The position numbers and the translations under genes were made by a program. A DNA stretch of 64,000 nucleotides from Podarcis pityusensis. Taxonomy: Eukaryota. Positions 62,546 through 64,000 of this stretch are shown here, piece by piece; the first letter of the stretch is position 1, and each line of letters begins with the position of its first letter. The DNA is taken from NCBI GenBank assembly GCA_964106645.2, contig OZ067041.1; one strand, written 5' to 3'. The notes beneath the pieces are model-generated. The model did no database searches. It worked only from the letters and a program-made list of their open reading frames with translations, and was not told where the DNA came from.

Positions 62546-63559
62546 ATGAGTGGCACAAGAAAAAGAGGGAGAGCTAAACAAACAACTCTAACAACTCTAA
62601 CCTCAGCCTCACAGACACGCAGATCATCTGTGCCTACTTTGCCCTCAGAAGTGGAGGGAGAGGGCGAAGCAGAGCAGTTACAACTGGAAGATATGGCCTC
62701 AGGAGCATCTGTTTCTGTACTAGACAAAATTTTTGAAAAATTGGAAGCTTTGGACAAGAAAGCAGATGCGCAATCAGCAAAGATTGATAAAAACACAGAA
62801 TGTCTAAATAAATTAACCACACAAGTGGTACAGAATGCACAAGCAATTGGACAGTTAACGGAGGCCTCAGCAGAAAATCGGAAATTGACTGAGGACACCA
62901 GACAAAGATTTGAAAATTTAGAGCAAGAGGTAAGACCACTCACTAAACAAGTCGGGGAACACCAGATTTATCTCTCGATGATAGAACTGCGAAACCGTGA
63001 GAACAACTTAAGGATTAGATCACTACAAGAGGCAGAAGAAGGACATCTAACTGAGTTTTTGACCAAAGAATTCTCCAAGTTCTGGAACCTGGAAGAAAAG
63101 GACTTTAAAATTGTGTCAGCTTTCAGACTTGGAAGATTTATAAAGAAGGAGAGGCCCAGAGACTGTTTGATAACATTGAGATCAAAGGAGGAAAGGGATA
63201 AGATTTTGGGACTACACTTTGTAAAATCACTGGAGGTGTTGGATAGAAGAATTGAAATTTATAAAGATATCCCAAGACTACTGCTTGATCTTAGAGCCGC
63301 CTATTCTGAACTTGTTAAACTACTAAGGAGCAACGCAATTCCATTCAGGTGGGAATTTCCCCAAGGAATATCTTTTACCTTTAGAGGGAGAAAGGTCAAA
63401 GTGAGAACACTGGAAGAGAGAGATAAATTCTTGTCTACACACGGAGAAGACCTTCAAAAAGGAATTGAACTACCTTCTGGGCCTGAGGCAACGCCAGTAC
63501 CAACATCAGCATCTGTGGAACCTGAAGACCCTGAGAAGATACCACCCCTTGAAAAATAA
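62546..63559 (+). CDS. L1 ORF1 protein (coiled coil + RRM + CTD), 337 aa
   Basis: Heptad region, then ELRNRENNLRIRSL, AFRLG, PRDCLI, IEIYKD, FRWEFP motifs typical of L1 ORF1p. Confidence 0.9.
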   Translation: MSGTRKRGRAKQTTLTTLTSASQTRRSSVPTLPSEVEGEGEAEQLQLEDMASGASVSVLDKIFEKLEALDKKADAQSAKIDKNTECLNKLTTQVVQNAQAIGQLTEASAENRKLTEDTRQRFENLEQEVRPLTKQVGEHQIYLSMIELRNRENNLRIRSLQEAEEGHLTEFLTKEFSKFWNLEEKDFKIVSAFRLGRFIKKERPRDCLITLRSKEERDKILGLHFVKSLEVLDRRIEIYKDIPRLLLDLRAAYSELVKLLRSNAIPFRWEFPQGISFTFRGRKVKVRTLEERDKFLSTHGEDLQKGIELPSGPEATPVPTSASVEPEDPEKIPPLEK

Positions 63560-63573
63560 CCAGATAGTTCAGG

Positions 63574-64000
63574 ATGTCTCTGCAACTGTTGAGCTGGAAT
63601 ATTAATGGTTGTAACATTCCGGAAAAAAGGAAGAAAATATTTCATATATTAAAAAAAGAACAATTGGACATTATTTGTTTACAAGAAACACATGTGACGA
63701 GGCTCCACAGAAAAGTGTTAATAAATAAAAGATTGGGCCAGGAATTTGTATCGTCCGATAAAGTTAAGAAGAGAGGTGTGGTGATATATGCAAAAGAGAG
63801 CCTGTCACCTAAATTCCTATTTAAAGATGAACATGGAAGAATTTTGGCTATTGAGATACAACATCAAGGTGAGAAACTGCTGATATTAGGAATCTATGCA
63901 CCTAATGAAGGGAAATCGGAATTTTACAAGAAGTTGCAGGAGACAATGCTGGACTACCTAGATTATAACAACATCATAATGATGGGAGATATGAATGGGG
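63574..64000 (+). CDS. L1 ORF2 N-terminus, APE endonuclease (partial; absent from the supplied ORF track)
   Basis: MSLQLLSWNINGCN...DIICLQETH...RGVVIY...GIYAPN...MMGDMNG; starts 14 nt after the ORF1 stop. Confidence 0.93.
   Translation, partial: MSLQLLSWNINGCNIPEKRKKIFHILKKEQLDIICLQETHVTRLHRKVLINKRLGQEFVSSDKVKKRGVVIYAKESLSPKFLFKDEHGRILAIEIQHQGEKLLILGIYAPNEGKSEFYKKLQETMLDYLDYNNIIMMGDMNG

Larger units (their letters stand above)
61543..64000 (+). mobile_element. Young L1-clade LINE, 5' part (5'UTR, ORF1, start of ORF2), truncated by the window edge
   Basis: CpG-rich 5'UTR starting gggacttccggg; intact ORF1; ORF2 open to the edge. Inserted in a CR1 3' remnant (gaggattagacaaattc). Confidence 0.95.

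Noticed and set aside
62100-62943. Antisense ORFs (ORF0-like) in the L1 5' region
   Set aside because: Non-ATG starts and mostly the shadow of ORF1; no independent evidence.

Overview
Vertebrate nuclear DNA, almost certainly from a squamate and probably a lacertid lizard (inferred from Sauria SINEs, Squam3-type SINEs, BovB, L2, CR1, L1 and Penelope remnants). The window is a TE-rich, gene-poor interval. The first ~3.55 kb looks like the end of a + strand 3'UTR from an unidentified gene. The only clear host-type gene is a complete, intronless, uninterrupted 637-codon glutamate-cysteine ligase catalytic subunit (GCLC) copy on the minus strand (30941..32854). It retains the catalytic residues, appears to have lost the caspase-site Asp, keeps GCLC-like 3'UTR sequence, and has a candidate recruited promoter and 5'UTR intron, so it is a probable functional retrogene. 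The rest is mostly mobile DNA: a young full-length-type L1 running off the right edge, a TSD-flanked non-autonomous L1 derivative, a BovB/Sauria-SINE chimera, Penelope ends carrying minimal hammerhead ribozymes, an Academ-like transposase relic, hAT and Tc1/mariner MITEs and solo LTRs. There is one 134-N assembly gap. Most ORFs in the supplied track are spurious. Comparisons with human GCLC and TE consensus sequences are from memory, not from alignments.
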